Origin: Hydrolagus colliei
Lineage: Eukaryota
Assembly: GCA_035084275.1 (NCBI GenBank)
Contig: CM068758.1
Coordinates: 434,001 to 498,000 of the forward strand
Direction of reading: 5' to 3'
DNA length: 64,000 nt
Shown: positions 39,901-54,900 of the stretch, in pieces
Layout of the letters: each line of letters begins with the position of its first letter
How positions within the stretch are numbered: the stretch's first letter is position 1
Notes under the pieces: model-generated
Databases searched by the model: none
Told to the model about the DNA's origin: nothing
The model's input: only the letters and a program-made list of their open reading frames with translations
Position numbers and translations under genes: made by a program

Positions 39901-42900
39901 CGGGCGAGCCTTTAGCCACTCTGCCCCCAACCTCTGGAACCCCATTCTGCAATCCCTCTGCCTGACTGTCCAGTGCTATGGGACGTCCTCCTGATGTGAA
40001 AGGCGCTGTACAAGTGTAATTTTGTTGTTGTTTAGCTATTCAGCCTCTGTGCTCCAAGGCTTCAGCTGTGGTGCAGTAAAGTCAATGAATTCAAGTGATT
40101 TCATTCAGCTCATTCACGCGATGAACAACAACCAGGCCGTACTTGATGCCGGTCAGGTGAGCTTTTGATCCGTTTATCAAATATGAAAACTACACGGTTG
40201 AGATATGATAGTGGGTGGTGGTGGGGGGTGGTGAGTGTGGGATGAGAGAGTACATTGAGATCTGTCGCACTCAGGTGATTAGAAGTCGTGATCTTTTTGC
40301 TACGTGTTTGTTTTCATTGGGACAGTTGCATTTTGCTCTCCATTAAACTTTCCTAATCGCTCAAGGTCACGAGGGCTCTTCTGGTTCTGAGGAGGTTCAC
40401 CTCAATCTGAATCATTGGTGGCGGGATGACCAACCTTCCTCTTTGGCTCATCATTGGGGGTGTCCTCCTCAAACCCTGCCAGCTAAAGCAGCAGCCAGGA
40501 AGGCAATCCGGGATGGATAAATGTTGCGAAGGTTTCCAATGCATCCTATTGATGAGCTTCTCAGTTAATATGAGTGGATATTTCCAATTCATGTGTTGCT
40601 TTCCTTTTCAGCTGAGCTGCATAGCTTACAGACTCTCTTCTAATGGAACGCCATCAGATATAGACAACCTCCCCAAGGGCACTGTGCTATTTTTCAAGTA
40701 TGTTAAGAATTATTCTTAAAATTTCCTTTTACATCTGAATCTTGGACAGTCATCGGTTCCACAAAGTATTGTGGAATGGTTTGCTTTCTTCAACCTGTGT
40801 GGCTTTTTCAAGGCTACAACTAGATTATTATGGCTGGACAGAAAATCACCTTGCTTTGCCTATAGGAAAATGAAAACAGTTGATATTGTTGTAGAGCACT
40901 TAAGTGATACCACATACTCCAGTGCGCAAATTCATTGGATATGTGCACTGAGCCATGTGAAAGGTACGATACACGTGTAATTTTGTTGTTGTTGTGGACT
41001 GGAATGTTCGCAGTTTTTACTTTGCTCCTCTCTACTGAATGTAAATTGGGAACTTACCACCCAGTTGAGAGTGGCCTCAAATATTGGTCCCAATAATTCA
41101 CCATTATTTGTTTTAAAAAAAAGAAAATCAATTCATAAAACTCAACCTTTTTCTATTTAGTTCTACAGAATTCAGCACATTTTCGAATTGCAAAAAGTTC
41201 TTCCAAGTGGTGGGAAGGTCAAACATTAATATCTTGCAGAAAGAATCAGAAATAAGAATCGGACTGTTGAATAATGCCAAAATTTGCTTGGTGAGTTCAA
41301 TAATTTTTAATGCAATGATTGTGTCACAGTTCTCAAGTAGTAGTTCAGTCAAACTAAAAAAAAAGTGAGACTATGTACACCTGTGAAGATCATTTCACAA
41401 TTGAATTGATGACTCGGAAAATGTGTTTGAATTTTAGGGAGTGTCTGGCACAAATCTAACACAGGAGAACGTCAGGACATTGGGTGCTTTGACCTGTGAC
41501 CTCGACGCAGCCATGATCAAAGGATCTGATATTGCCATTTTGGAATCATTGAAAGCATGCCTTTCATACACAGAGAGTCAAAAGTTAGCAATCGAAGAAC
41601 GATTGGGCAAAGCAGATTCTAAATATGGGTAAGTACAGAGCTGTACACCTTCTGGTTTCCTGCAAATATTATCAGAATGGTTGAATGTTTATGTTTCATG
41701 TGTCATTGTGGGCTTCATGCACAGTGTAAAGGGGTTATTAACAGTGCAAGTTGTCTTTAACAAAATGTAAAGTCTGTTATGCTTAGATTAACCATCCTCT
41801 TGCCTACCGAGGTGTTTTCCAATGATCTATGTTTACTGTAACCAGGTGAGCTTTTTTGGAAAGGGACAAAATGTCTGTGGCAAAGCTATTAATCCAATCA
41901 TTTCTGATTTCTTTATTTGACTGCAGTCCATTTTCCTCATGGACATCATCCACTCTGAACAAACTGGGTAATCTTCCTCTGGCTTTGGCCTCTAAATGGA
42001 GTCTAGTAAACACGGTAGGTTTAAAGGAATTTTTGAATTGATTTCCATGTGAGATTAGCAATACCTTGTTCAAACTGCAATAGGCTCCTCAAGCATTGCG
42101 TTAACACATTTCCTGATATTTGAAACAACAACAACTTGCATTTACCCTTCACCCGAGGTAGCGCCATAGAGTGCTTCAAAATACTCCTTTGGCTAAAGCT
42201 GTAGAGAAATATTTTCAAAAGTAGCAAAAAAAACATGGTTCACCTTATCCACTAATCAAACATTTAATGTCATTTTTTTTAATACGATTTGCAAGTGTTT
42301 GTATTTTCTACTGTTGTGGAGTCCTGTAGCGTGCAAGCAAGAGATCTGGGTTCAATTCCTGACAGGGTGAAATGTTGGGCAAGTTTCCTTACTCCCATCT
42401 GTTTACCTAACAGTAAATAGGAATCTGGTTGTTAGTCAATTAGCGGATCTCTTTTACAGTTACTATTTTACAAAATAGTAACACAGTGGATAACGTGAAC
42501 TATTTTACAAAATAGTAATACTGATAAATTGGTCACTCAATCCATGATTGTTTGTGGGACACTGCTGTGTGCAATTGGCTGCCACGTTTCACCCGCAAAA
42601 TATTCAGTCAATTCACTTTAGAATATATTCTGTGAAGCGCTTTGAGATGTTTGAAAGGCGTGGTAATGCTCTACATCAAACGCAAGGATTATTTTTATTA
42701 TTATTATGATTGTTATTCAGGTTGTCTTTCGACAAGCTCTTCCAAGTTTTATCAAGAGAGTGAAAACATTCCAAAGGCGAACTGAACAGCTGATTTTCAT
42801 GACGCAACTCCAGCTACATACAACGAGATCGAGACGCGCAGCATGTATGTTATCTTTATAAAATTGTGAGATTGATTAAATAAACAGTGTTATATATACA

Positions 42901-45900
42901 GTAGAGTATATTTCATGAATGATTGTATAAGAAGTACTGTTCGTTCTTTGTTAGTCAAATGGAGTTTCAATACACAAGCATCCCGGGAAAGTCCATTTTA
43001 TGGGTGAGATCTTCCTTATGGTAATGCATTTTGTAATATTCACATTTGTAGAGCAATTTGTACACAATTGGCTGCCTCGTTTCGCCCACAAATATACAGT
43101 CAATTCACTGTATATTCTGTGAAACGCTTTGAGACACAGTCTAGAAGATGTGAAAAGCGCTGTATCAAATGCAAGGATTATTATTATTAATTTATCGTCC
43201 CCTAACCCTTCAGAAAGTTTTGTTATCAGCAGAATGAATATGTCACAAAAAGTGTGTGACTAAACAGCGAAATGCCTTTCCTTGCGATTATTATTGTTTT
43301 TTCGTTGGCTTTGAACTGTAGTATCAATACAATATTTCTTCTCAATAGTGAGCACAATAAGTACTATAGTTAAGAATTTTGATACAAGTTTTAGCCAATA
43401 AGCTTAAGCAAGCAAACCGAAAAATGCCATGAAATGTATTTGTCATCGACTGCTGTTTGTCGAACCTCACTGTGTGTAAAAAATTTTTTTAAAAAAATTG
43501 GGTTCTGCGCTTTGCCTAGAAATACATATTCACTCTGCTTGATCGCTATTCCCTGTGAAGTACTTTGAGATATTGTTACACCACACTGCGAGATTAAAAT
43601 CAAGGATTATGATGATTATGATTATTATTATTATTATTTGTTTGCAGCTTGTAATGTAAATACGATAACAGCACAAAATATCAATGAACTGACTCCTGCA
43701 CTGTATGCAGCTGATCAACTAGATGCCTGCTTGAGTGATCCTGTGTTGAAGGATTCTGTGCTTTCACTGGGAAATCTTAACTTTGATTCCTCACAGCTTT
43801 CCATTCTGAAAAAACGACTTGAACAGGTAAAAAGTATTTCATAAGGGTTTACAATTTTTAGATTAATTAATTCATGGATTCAAAAAGCAACAATTGGTGA
43901 ACTGTTAATGTACGGTCATTTATATATCAGTAGAGTAGCTCAGATATGGAATTAACAGATAATATGATTCTTGAAATTAATTTGAAAGGTTGGGAGAATC
44001 AGATTTTATTGAAGGTAACATTTATGTTTGTTGTGTGTTGGAAAACAACAAATGTTTATCATCTCACTGATCTGTCCTGTCTGTATATACTTATATAGAT
44101 ACTGTATATCCTTACTCCACACACCAAAATAATCAGTTCAAACAAAATAATCCGTTCAAACAAAACACATAATAATAAACTGGTAATTTCAATCCATGGC
44201 TGTTTGAGTGCTGTGTGTAATTGGCTGCCGCATTTCGCTCAGAAATATACAGTCAATTCACTTTATTGTACATTCTGTAAAGCGCTTTGAGACATCTCGA
44301 AGACGTAAAAAATGCTATATCAAATCCAAGGTTTATTATTAAAGTGCATACAGTTCCATCTGAAAAATATATGATCCTAGCACCTCTTCAAATCATTGAA
44401 TCATCTCAAAGAGCTCAAAATTTTGTTAACTATCAGTAGCAGATTATGACTTGATTAATAGACAATTTGGCTATTAAATATGTTGGGGGTATCACTGATT
44501 AAATAGCTGTAGAAAGCACTTTCTCTGTTGAGTTGCTCTGGGCATCTTGTACACTGTTCACTGAATTACACTGAAGTAAAGAAAATGCATTTTAGTATCT
44601 TGTTCAAACTCAGAACGAGCAGGCATTACAAAGAGTGATAAAATTCAAATACTTACTAAATATTATAATTGCAACCGAGGCATACTGTATTCGTAAGAAA
44701 TAAAGTACTAGGCAAAAAAAAATTATATATGATTTTGATTTTCCTAAAAACAGATTTACCCCAACGGGATACCAGAAGAGCAGATTAATCTCCTGGGAAA
44801 CATAACTACTGCATTCAACATCACAGAAGTTAATATGTGGAACATCACTCGAGTTGACACTCTTACAGGACTGCTGACGAGCCAGTTAGAAAGCACTATG
44901 GTAATAAACTCAGTGTGGTTTCTGCATATTCCTAAATGTGTGAAACAATACCAACAGATAACAATGTGGGAGTGGATGCGCGCTCATATGTTTGTGAGGA
45001 AATGTACCGGTAAGTACAGTAAAAGCCCGTTTATCCGGCACCCTTGGGATCTGGCCAATGCCGGTTAAATGGCATGCCAGATATTCGGACGGCAAGTTGC
45101 CAAAAACCAACACAAAAAAGATTAACTTATTTTTAAACATACCATATTAATAATAGACTAAATAATAACAGAATATTGTATGAATACTTACCAATAAAGC
45201 AATAAATATCAGTCTATAATTACAGCATACAATCACAAAACAAATTTCTACAACGGTGGAGGCTAGTGGCTTAAAGTGGTGCTGTCGTTTTTTCCTCTCT
45301 TTTTTCTTTCTCTCCCTCCTTCCCTCTCTCTCTCTTTCACACACACACTTAGTCAGTCTGGCATCTCAGTGGCTCCAAACCCAACTCCCATCCACTCCTC
45401 TCATTTTCCATCTAAATTAATCAACTCACACCCTCTCTCTCCTCTGCTCTCCCCCACCTATCTCTCCCCCTCCCACTCCTCTCTCTTTCTCCACCCCCAC
45501 TCTTTCCTTCTCTTTCCCCTCCACCCTCTCTCTTCCTGCCTCTGTCTCCTCCTACCCAAACCCCACCAAAATAGCATATAAACCCACGATACAGTCAGGC
45601 TACACAGGCAANNNNNNNNNNNNNNNNNNNNNNNNNNNNNNNNNNNNNNNNNNNNNNNNNNNNNNNNNNNNNNNNNNNNNNNNNNNNNNNNNNNNNNNNN
45701 NNNNNNNNNNNNNNNNNNNNNNNNNNNNNNNNNNNNNNNNNNNNNNNNNNNNNNNNNNNNNNNNNNNNNNNNNNNNNNNNNNNNNNNNCAGAAAAACCGG
45801 AAATGCCACTACCGGCAGCATTCAGAACTAACCGTACTGTACTCTCATGCAACAATCGACTCATTCAATTCGCCACCGCGATTGTGTGGGATAACATCCA

Positions 45901-48900
45901 GTTATTGGAATGGGCATGGATTCCCTGGTAGAATACAGTGTTGGTATGTGGCCACAGTTCCATGTTTGATTATAGTAATGCCGCTGAGCAAGGTTCAAAC
46001 TTCCTACACACCGTGACTGCACGTGTAGACCTTCAAGCAGTTAGTTATAAAGTGATTTGGGCAGAAATTTTAACAGAGGAGAAATTACAACAAGTATTTG
46101 CATTGATATAATACCCTTCACACAGCATAGTGTCTTGAAGCACTTAAATTAAAAGTTCTACTGAACATATTGCACAGAGGTAAATCCTGAGAATGGGATT
46201 TAAATATTTCTCAAGGAAGAATAACTTTTTGTTTGGATACTTTTCTGTGTAATAATGACAAGTGACCTGTCCTTCAAATCTGCGATTTGGTTTTTCAGGT
46301 AAAAGCCATCATTACAAGATTCCTAAATCTGGGCGGACAACTGAATGGAGTGGCTTTGAAAGCTATCGGTGGGGAATATTTGTGTACTCTGGACTTGAGC
46401 CAACTGGCAACAATCTCAAACTTGATGTAAGTTTTGATATCTTTGTGTTTGAATTTGCCGTTAGTTTTAACCAAGTTAGTTTTATGTTATTTTTAAACGT
46501 TTAAAAGACTTTCAATCATTTTTTTAATGCTGTGTGTATTTTTAAGATCATTAATAAAAACTAATTACTGTACATCACACATCTACCTTAACGCAAATCA
46601 AATCTGTTTTTTTCCTCGTTCTCTGGTAGGGATGCGGGAACACAGGATGTTTCCACGTGCACTCAGTCAAAGAAGAACTTTCTTTACAACAAAGCTGTAT
46701 CGGCATCTGCATCTTCACTGAGATCTATTAACAGTGACGCAACCACCTTCTACAATCAAATAAAGTCATATATTGGTAAGTAAACGTTACTCTTGTGTTA
46801 AGCAGCTTGAACTTTTTTGTTAACCATCGGCGGACGAGCCTTCAACCACTCTGCCTTCCCCCAACCTCTGGAACTCCATCCCGCAGTTCCTCCGCCTCGC
46901 CCCCCTCCCTGGCCTCCTTCAAGTCACGTAAAGTTGTGCATTGACCCTATCGATACAAACAATATACCGGTAATTGTGATGTGTGTCGAAAGTTTTAGAC
47001 CTATTATGGTTTAGAATCGACTCCAAATATATGTTTTTAATACTTTTCAATCATGTTTAAAGTTAATGTATGCAGCTTTGCTAACGGAATGCACTTTAAG
47101 AGCTTTTCCTATTTACTTCAGGTGGGGCCCCAGCAGAGGATCTGAAGATTCTGGCCAACCATACTGTCAACATGGACTTTGAAACCTTCAGAAATCTCAA
47201 TGCTGATGAAGTTAAGGTTTGTTACAGTCATCTTCCCGCTGTCTTATTCAGCGCGTAAACCCAAACACACACCATGTAGTAAAATGGCTTCACGGAAAGA
47301 TGCAGGCTGATGGTTGTAACGTGATCTCTTGTCAGTGTAGCCTTTACACGCTAAATACATGACCGATTTGTGAGTCTGCACATCAACAGATTATGTCACT
47401 TCCTACACCCTCCACATGTGCATTGTGTGGCAAACCTTCCTACACACACATCACACACACATATCAAATGCTGGGATTATTATTATTATTTTTAATGTGT
47501 GGTTAAATCGCCACACCCGCGAGTGGGTTCATTTCCCACGCTTTGTAAGTGAACCGATTTATCGAGCGGGTTCTACTGTATTATGAATGAATTGATTTAA
47601 ATAGTGGGAGTGGTGGGGGTGAGTTTGGGGTGGAATTCTGAACGTTTGCGATGTGTGCTGAACCTTTCAAACATTTGTGTTTAAGCTGCTGAACGCTGAG
47701 GAGTTGATAAACCTGCTGGGAGCTTACTTGCCAGCTCTTAAGACTGGAAGAAACGAAACTGTCGTGAGAGCGTGGGTGGATGCAAACTTGGCTTCTGAAG
47801 TGGCCAGAGTTGGATTAAGTGGAGGTATTCCGGATTCAGCAACAACACCAACAACAACACCAGCAACAGCAACAACAACACCAGCAGCAACACCAACAAC
47901 AGCAACAACAACACCAGCAACAGCAACAACACCAGCAACAGCAACAACAACACCAGCAACAGCAACAACACCAGCAACAGCAACAACAACACCAGCAACA
48001 GCAACAACACCAGCAACAGCAACAACAACACCAGCAACAGCAACAACAACACCAGCAACAGCAACAACAACACCAGCAACAGCAACAACAACACCAGCAA
48101 CAGCAACAACAACACCAGCAGCAGCAACAACAACACCAGCAACAGCAACAACACCAGCAACAGCAACAACAACACCAGCAACAGCAACAACAACACCAGC
48201 AACAGCAACAACAACACCAGCAACAGCAACAACAACACCAGCAACAGCAACAACAACACCAGCAACAGCAACAACAACACCAGCAACAGCAACAACAACA
48301 CCAGCAACAGCAACAACAACACCAGCAGCAGCAACAACAACACCAGCAACAGCAACAACACCAGCAACAGCAACAACAACACCAGCAACAGCAACAACAA
48401 CACCAGCAACAGCAACAACACCACCAGCAACAGCAACAACAACACCAGCAACAGCAACAACAACACCAGCAACAGCAACAACACCACCAGCAACAGCAAC
48501 AACAACACCAGCAACAGCAACAACAACACCAGCAACAGCAACAACAACACCAGCAACAGCAACAACAACACCAGCAACAGCAACAACAACACCAGCAGCA
48601 GCAACAACAACACCAGCAACAGCAACACCACCAGCAGCAACACCAACAACAGCAACAGCAACAACACCAGCAACAACAACACCAGCAGCAACAACAACAA
48701 CTTCGATTTACATAGCGCCCTCCACGCCAGACGGCATCTCAGGTGTGTGTGTACGTACGCGCATGTGATCAAAGGAGAATAAAGGTATTTATTAAGTGGG
48801 TTGAATCATCCTGATCAGGCCAGCCTATCAAAAACTCCATGAGAATTAGGACAGCTAAAGGCATCAATGTGTATCTTTTTAGGTTTGTTAGTTAGGGTCA

Positions 48901-51900
48901 CACCAAAAATATTGTTTAATTGTAATTGTGATGTTGTTGTTACTGAGTGTTCCCAGCGATCACTATTTGTCAGAAACTTGTTTTCCTAATATTTCATGTT
49001 TTTGGTTTCAGGACCCATACCAAATTTTTCGGTAAGACTGATTTAAATCTTTACTGCTTCATTATTACTGTATTATTAAAATGTTAATTGCTTTCTTAAT
49101 GCTGGGAATAAATTTGGCAACTGAGAAGGCACAGACTGCCTTCTGATTAACCTGCTTGTGCAGAACTATGGGGAAGGGGGAAATAATAGACAGGAAAATA
49201 CATCAATGACAGAAAGTTATGGTAGCGTTAACTAAAGTTGTCCTACTCCACTATGGAAAAAGGTTCCTGAAGCGTTGCTATAATTCTTTGATTTATCCCC
49301 CAAACTCTCTTAACTTTGCATTGTGTTTGTGAAGATCTAGAGAGAGAAAACAATTGTTTTATTGAAATATCTCATAACTTTGTTCATGGGTCCAGCTGTA
49401 GGTTTATATTACATTGGTCAAAACTGAATACTAAACTTTAATTTACTTTCCTTTCTCGTTAGTGTGGCAACAGCACAGTTAACGGTAAGATTCTTCTTTT
49501 GTGGAATCCTCCTATTTGTAGTTTATTTCAGTATTTCAGTGCTGTGTATAGATTTCCTCAACTTATTTTTCTCTCATTTTTATATTTTAATGCAGTGGAA
49601 ACCTTCTGTGAAAACGTCACCAGGTAAGAAGCTAAAGAAACGCAGCTGATTGATGTGTTTGTGAACTAGACTTGCTTTACTCTCTGTTGTAACTAAGCTG
49701 ACACAGGTTGAGTTTTTCTGCTTTACTATGTCAGCCACATCAAATATATTCATGTGAATGACACGCATTTTTATGAGTCTGATAATATACAGTATAGCAT
49801 CTAATCAATGCACAGCAAAACACAAATACGTACCACAGTGTGTAATTAGAGGATACAACTTCACCGGAAAGCTCCATGTAACTTGGCAAGGAACATTAAC
49901 TATAAAACAATGGCTGAAAATATATATATTTTTTGAATTATGGATTGGTGAGGAAGCTTCATGTTTTTCTGCTAAAAGTGTAAAGGAATACATGTGAACT
50001 GTATTGAACCAGTTATTGAATTTAATGTTCTCTTATTCTCATTTGGATTTATTTCCTGAAGTATGTGACTTATTTTTCCCCTGTAGCGTGGAAGTGAATC
50101 ATTTCCTGATGGCTATTAACGTAACCCAAATCTGCAATTTTACTATCACTGACTATGCATGTGCTCAGGTAAGCTCCAAACTCTATCTAAAGATGTTAAC
50201 TTTGGTTTTCTTTATACTGTACTGTTCTTTTAGCATCCTTTTTTTAAATGCCACTGTACTGAGGCAGAAAGTATTTTATGTGTGGGTTTTTTTTTGCTGG
50301 TGGGGGAAATATAACAACAAGTTTCCTTATACACACCTAATAATAATCCTTCGAAAAATACAATCATAAATTGGTCATTTCAATCCACGACCGTTTGTGG
50401 GGATGTTGCTGTGTGCAATTGGCTGCTTCGTTTCATCCACAAATGTACAGTCAATTCACTTTACAGCATATTCTATGAAGCGCTTTGAGACATCGATAAG
50501 ATGTGAAAAGCGCTATCTCAATGCAAGGATTATTATTTTTATTATTATTATTAAGTGTTGGTTTATGAGGTAAAAATAATAATATAATATACCACATTAT
50601 ACCATAGAGGTACCATAGAATAACACATCATTACACTGAATTCAATCCTCATCAATCAAGAATTCTTATAGTCTTGAAGTCTTTAAGTGAGTGAGATGTT
50701 ACCTACTGCCTTAACCGAATATACATGTCCAATTATCTTCCTTTACAGAATAACCTTGTGGCTAATCTACCTGATGGTTATGTGACTGATATATTTGATT
50801 GCTTCACTGGCCAAAAGGCTGTGAAGAGATCAGATGAAACTGCACTGACTATATTTATTCAGAAGCTGAATGGAATTGCACTTAATAATGCTTTGGACAA
50901 CTTCAATAATAAGGTATTCAATACTCACTAAACTGTGTGTAGTCACGTCATTTGTAAAGGGGGTTATAATATAATTCATTGTTAAGATTCAGTGCCAGCT
51001 TTACCGTTTGTATAATAAAATAAGGCACCACAGATTTGGCAGCGTGATTACGTACATATACTCTGCTCTACTTCTGTGGAGCTTCTGTAGCTCAGTGGTT
51101 AGAGCACTCGTCTTACAAGCGTGAGACCTGTTTTCGAATCCAGGCAGATTAGGGCGAAACCTGGGGCAAGTTTCCTTACTCCACACACACACACACACAC
51201 GCCTAATAATAATCCATCCAAAAAAAACACAATAATTTTAAAAATGGTAATTTCAATCCACGACTGTTTGTGGGGGATGCTGCTGTGAGCAATTACCTGC
51301 CGCGTTTCGCCCACAAATGTAGTGAATTCACTTTACAGTATACTCTGTGAAGCACTTTGAGACATTTGTAAAATGTAAAAAGCTGCCATATCAAATGCAG
51401 GGATTATTATTATTTACTCATTAAAAAGAGAAATAACATCTGTCAGAGGCAGCAGTCCATTGTTAGGTTACCTGTGCTGTAAATTGCCAAGTAAATCATT
51501 CTAGCCTGCGGACTGCTGTTGTGTTGGTGTTTATCGTGTGTCAAGCACAAACACGAGTGAAAACACCCTTTGAAAACTGTAAAACTAACCGTCCCGTACT
51601 CACAAAACCTCCTTCGTTATGTGTTGCAGACTGTGAACTCGTCAACAATCCCTCTGGCCACAAAGACAGCGTTCATGACCGCCTTGTTGGAGAAAGTGAA
51701 GACAAACGAGGACTTAACCAATGCAACGTTCCTAACAAAGTGGTTCCAGGAACGATTCAGGCCGTTTATTGCTGGCTTTCCCCCGACTTTCTTCAACTGC
51801 TTTTTCATCAGGAACACCAGCTGTGATGGCTACCAAGCGGTGTAAGTTGCCATCGGACATTGCAGGGGATGAGATGAAAATGGAGATGTTTTTTTAATTA

Positions 51901-54900
51901 AGAAAGTGTCCCACATTTTAAACTCAAATGTTGATAAATCTTTTAAAATTAAATGAGTAAATCTACTTGCTATTGTCATATTGAGTATCAGTTTGGAAGC
52001 TTGTTGATCCCGCTGTAAATAATAGGACCTAAAACTAAGCAACCTGTTTGTTTATGGTGAACAAATAATATTAGATTTCCACACATAAGATCATATATAA
52101 AAAAAAGGCTGTACTTTTGAAACTGTCCAATGGCTTTGACTTGTTTCATTTTACAAATGTCAAGAGGTTTTTGTGTTGAATGTTTAGGGACAAGTACGAA
52201 CACAGTCCCTTCATGATCTTTAGAGAAATATAATATATATATATCTTTTAATACAATTGAATGCTGTTGGTGTAACTAATGCTTTCAATGTTTCATCCTG
52301 TCAGTGTGAAAGGACTCGATGATGGATTCAGAGAAATGCCACTGACAACAAGACAGACTTTAGTGCAAATATTGATTATTGGTTACCTCAACAGCACAGG
52401 TACAACAATTAAATTACATTTATAAAGCGCCTTTCACATTGGGAGGATGCTGGTAAACTTGAAAGGCAATTGAAAAATGCATCAAAGACATCTTCATCTA
52501 AAAAATTGTAATAGGATCCCTCAACCTAATTAGAATGGGAACTTTTCTTTTATTTGTAAATGTACTTGGAATGCATTGCCTGAAAAGGTGGTGGAGCCTT
52601 ATTCGATAACAGCTTTTAAAAGAGAATTAGATCTTTATTTAGGGAGAACAGGTCTGTTAGGTTATGGGGAGAGAGCTGGTCAGTGGGATTGAGTTGCTCT
52701 TTTCAAAGAGCCAGCATAGACTAGATGGGCTGAATGGCTTCCTTTTGTGCCGTAAAATTCTATGATTCTATGATACTTTCACTGGTAGTATGATCCTAAC
52801 ATGGGGAAAAATATATATTTATTGACTGGCCAGATAATCACTGATTTCCAATAACAACAACAGTTTTGTTGAGCAGAAGGAAGATAAGTCAGACCACCTA
52901 GCCAGTTCTGTCACTAGCTAGTAACCAGACTTGTGAACAGTTGAAGTTGTATGACCTCTTAACTAGTGGCTATCCTTAATTGCCACAATGCTCAGATCCC
53001 AAATACTCGATGGCCTTGGAACACATTTGTGAAAAAATAATGCTCAACCTACTTTTTAACTTTATCTGGTCAAACTGAGCTGTCAACTCAGGTCTAACTA
53101 AGTTAATAATAATCAATTGATTTATAAGAAGCTGGGATTATTGAAGTACGTTTGCTGGTTAGTAAAGAGGTTAAGTGTCATTACACATTTGCTAAATATT
53201 CATGAGAACATAAGAATTAGGAGCAGACGTAGGCCATTCAGCACCTCAAGCCTGCCCCCTCCATTCAATAAGATCATGGCTGATCTTCTAATCTAATTCC
53301 ACGCGCCCCTGCCTTATCCCATATCCTTTAGTCTCTTTATCCATAAGAAATCTATCAATCTCAGTCTTGAATATGAGCATCTACAGCCTTTTGGGGTAGA
53401 GAATTCCATAAATTCATGACGATCCATTGGCTTACTGGCAAAGGGCGAGTAATTGAGTTTCTTTCCTGTTGGACTCCAGGTACTGGTTGTGTCAACAACA
53501 CCAACGGATCCAGAGACTGGCTGGTGACCAACTGGGGAAGCTTCTATAATCTGGCTCAGATAAAGGATCTAACTGACCTGAACTCCAATTTCAATGCAGT
53601 AAGTTTTGTGCTTTTGAGAGATTGAATGAGGTTTTTTTGTGATTGGAGAAATTGGTATCTCTTGTCTGTGTTACTGATTCCTTCAACGCAACAAAAGAAC
53701 CTTGCTTGACCTTTGGCAACTTTTGAAATATCTTTAGTTTGAAGTCCTGGATCTGCTGAACACACGGCATTTCTCCGAGCTGACTGTGAACTCAATCAAC
53801 GCGGACAATATTGTTAACATCAACCAAATCCTCAATGAACTCGCAAAGAGAAGCTTTGGTGAACTGGATTCCTACATGGTCAATTTTGTCAGCGATGCAA
53901 AGAACGTAAGTTGTCTAATGCTTTAATATTGAGAGCATCAAACCTTGTTTGCCGTGGTCAAGCCTTGACTAGTTGCTAAAGGGCCATGGGTTAGATGGAA
54001 ATGTCAGATTTTTTTCATTAAAATTAACAATCATGACTTTCTGAAATAGTTAAATCTGCTCAACAGTCCTGCTTGTTCTGATGAATAGATTAAAATTGAA
54101 GCTACAGTAATAAATTTCTTTATGAAACAGAATGAGATAGACCACTAATATAACTGCTGCAAAACAAAAATGCTCCATATATATATATATATATATATAT
54201 ATTAAATGTCAGCCTGGCACAGTTGGTGGAACTTTTGAGTTTACCGATCACACAGTTACTAGACCTTACGCTCTACACTAAAATCCTGTGAAGTGGATTG
54301 TGGTGTTTTGATGGTGTGATAAAGAGGCTACTTCAAACGCAGGGATTCTTCAATATTACGCAGTACAAATCATCACCTCAACGCTTATTTTTATTTTTAA
54401 TTTAGAAATGTTTTTGAATATTAAAACTTTTTACTGTCGCGTTTTCGTTTGATTTCAGGTGGGAATAACCGACATTACAAACACAACTATAAGGTATGCA
54501 ATGCTGAGTAGCATTGTCCAGAAACTGCAGCCTCGGTTTACAGCATTTACAACCACACAGTATGCTGACTGGTTCCAAGGGAAATTACAGCTGTTACTAC
54601 CCAGTGTGACACCCAGCGAACTTGGCACCATCCCCACAGACACAACATGTCAATCTTACCAAGCTGTGTGAGTATAAACTGTGTGGATTTATGATTTATC
54701 GGAACATTTCAGGAAGGAAGCTCAGTTTCAGTCGCGGTTGCGGTTTAGTCTTGGGAACCAGTGATCTGGATTAGGGTTCGAATCATGGTAGGTGCACTTT
54801 AGCAGGTTAAAGTGATTTAACAGGTTGTGAATAGGTATAGCTAGCTAGCTCCGCAGTAATTCAAGAGACACTGCTTGCTGTCCGCCTGTTTTATGAGTGA

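Noticed and set aside
45015-45842. Possible Tigger-like element spanning the N gap
   Set aside because: The left end (tacagtaaaagcccgtttatccggca) looks TIR-like, but the candidate right end matches only about 7 bp and the gap prevents confirmation.
47819-48715. 298-aa poly-Gln/His ORF
   Set aside because: It is a shifted frame of the (NCA)n repeat. Only the Thr/Ala/Pro frame is continuous with the mesothelin-like sequence and the splice phases.
47738-48772. 344-aa poly-Leu/Val ORF on the minus strand
   Set aside because: Antisense shadow of the same stop-free minisatellite.
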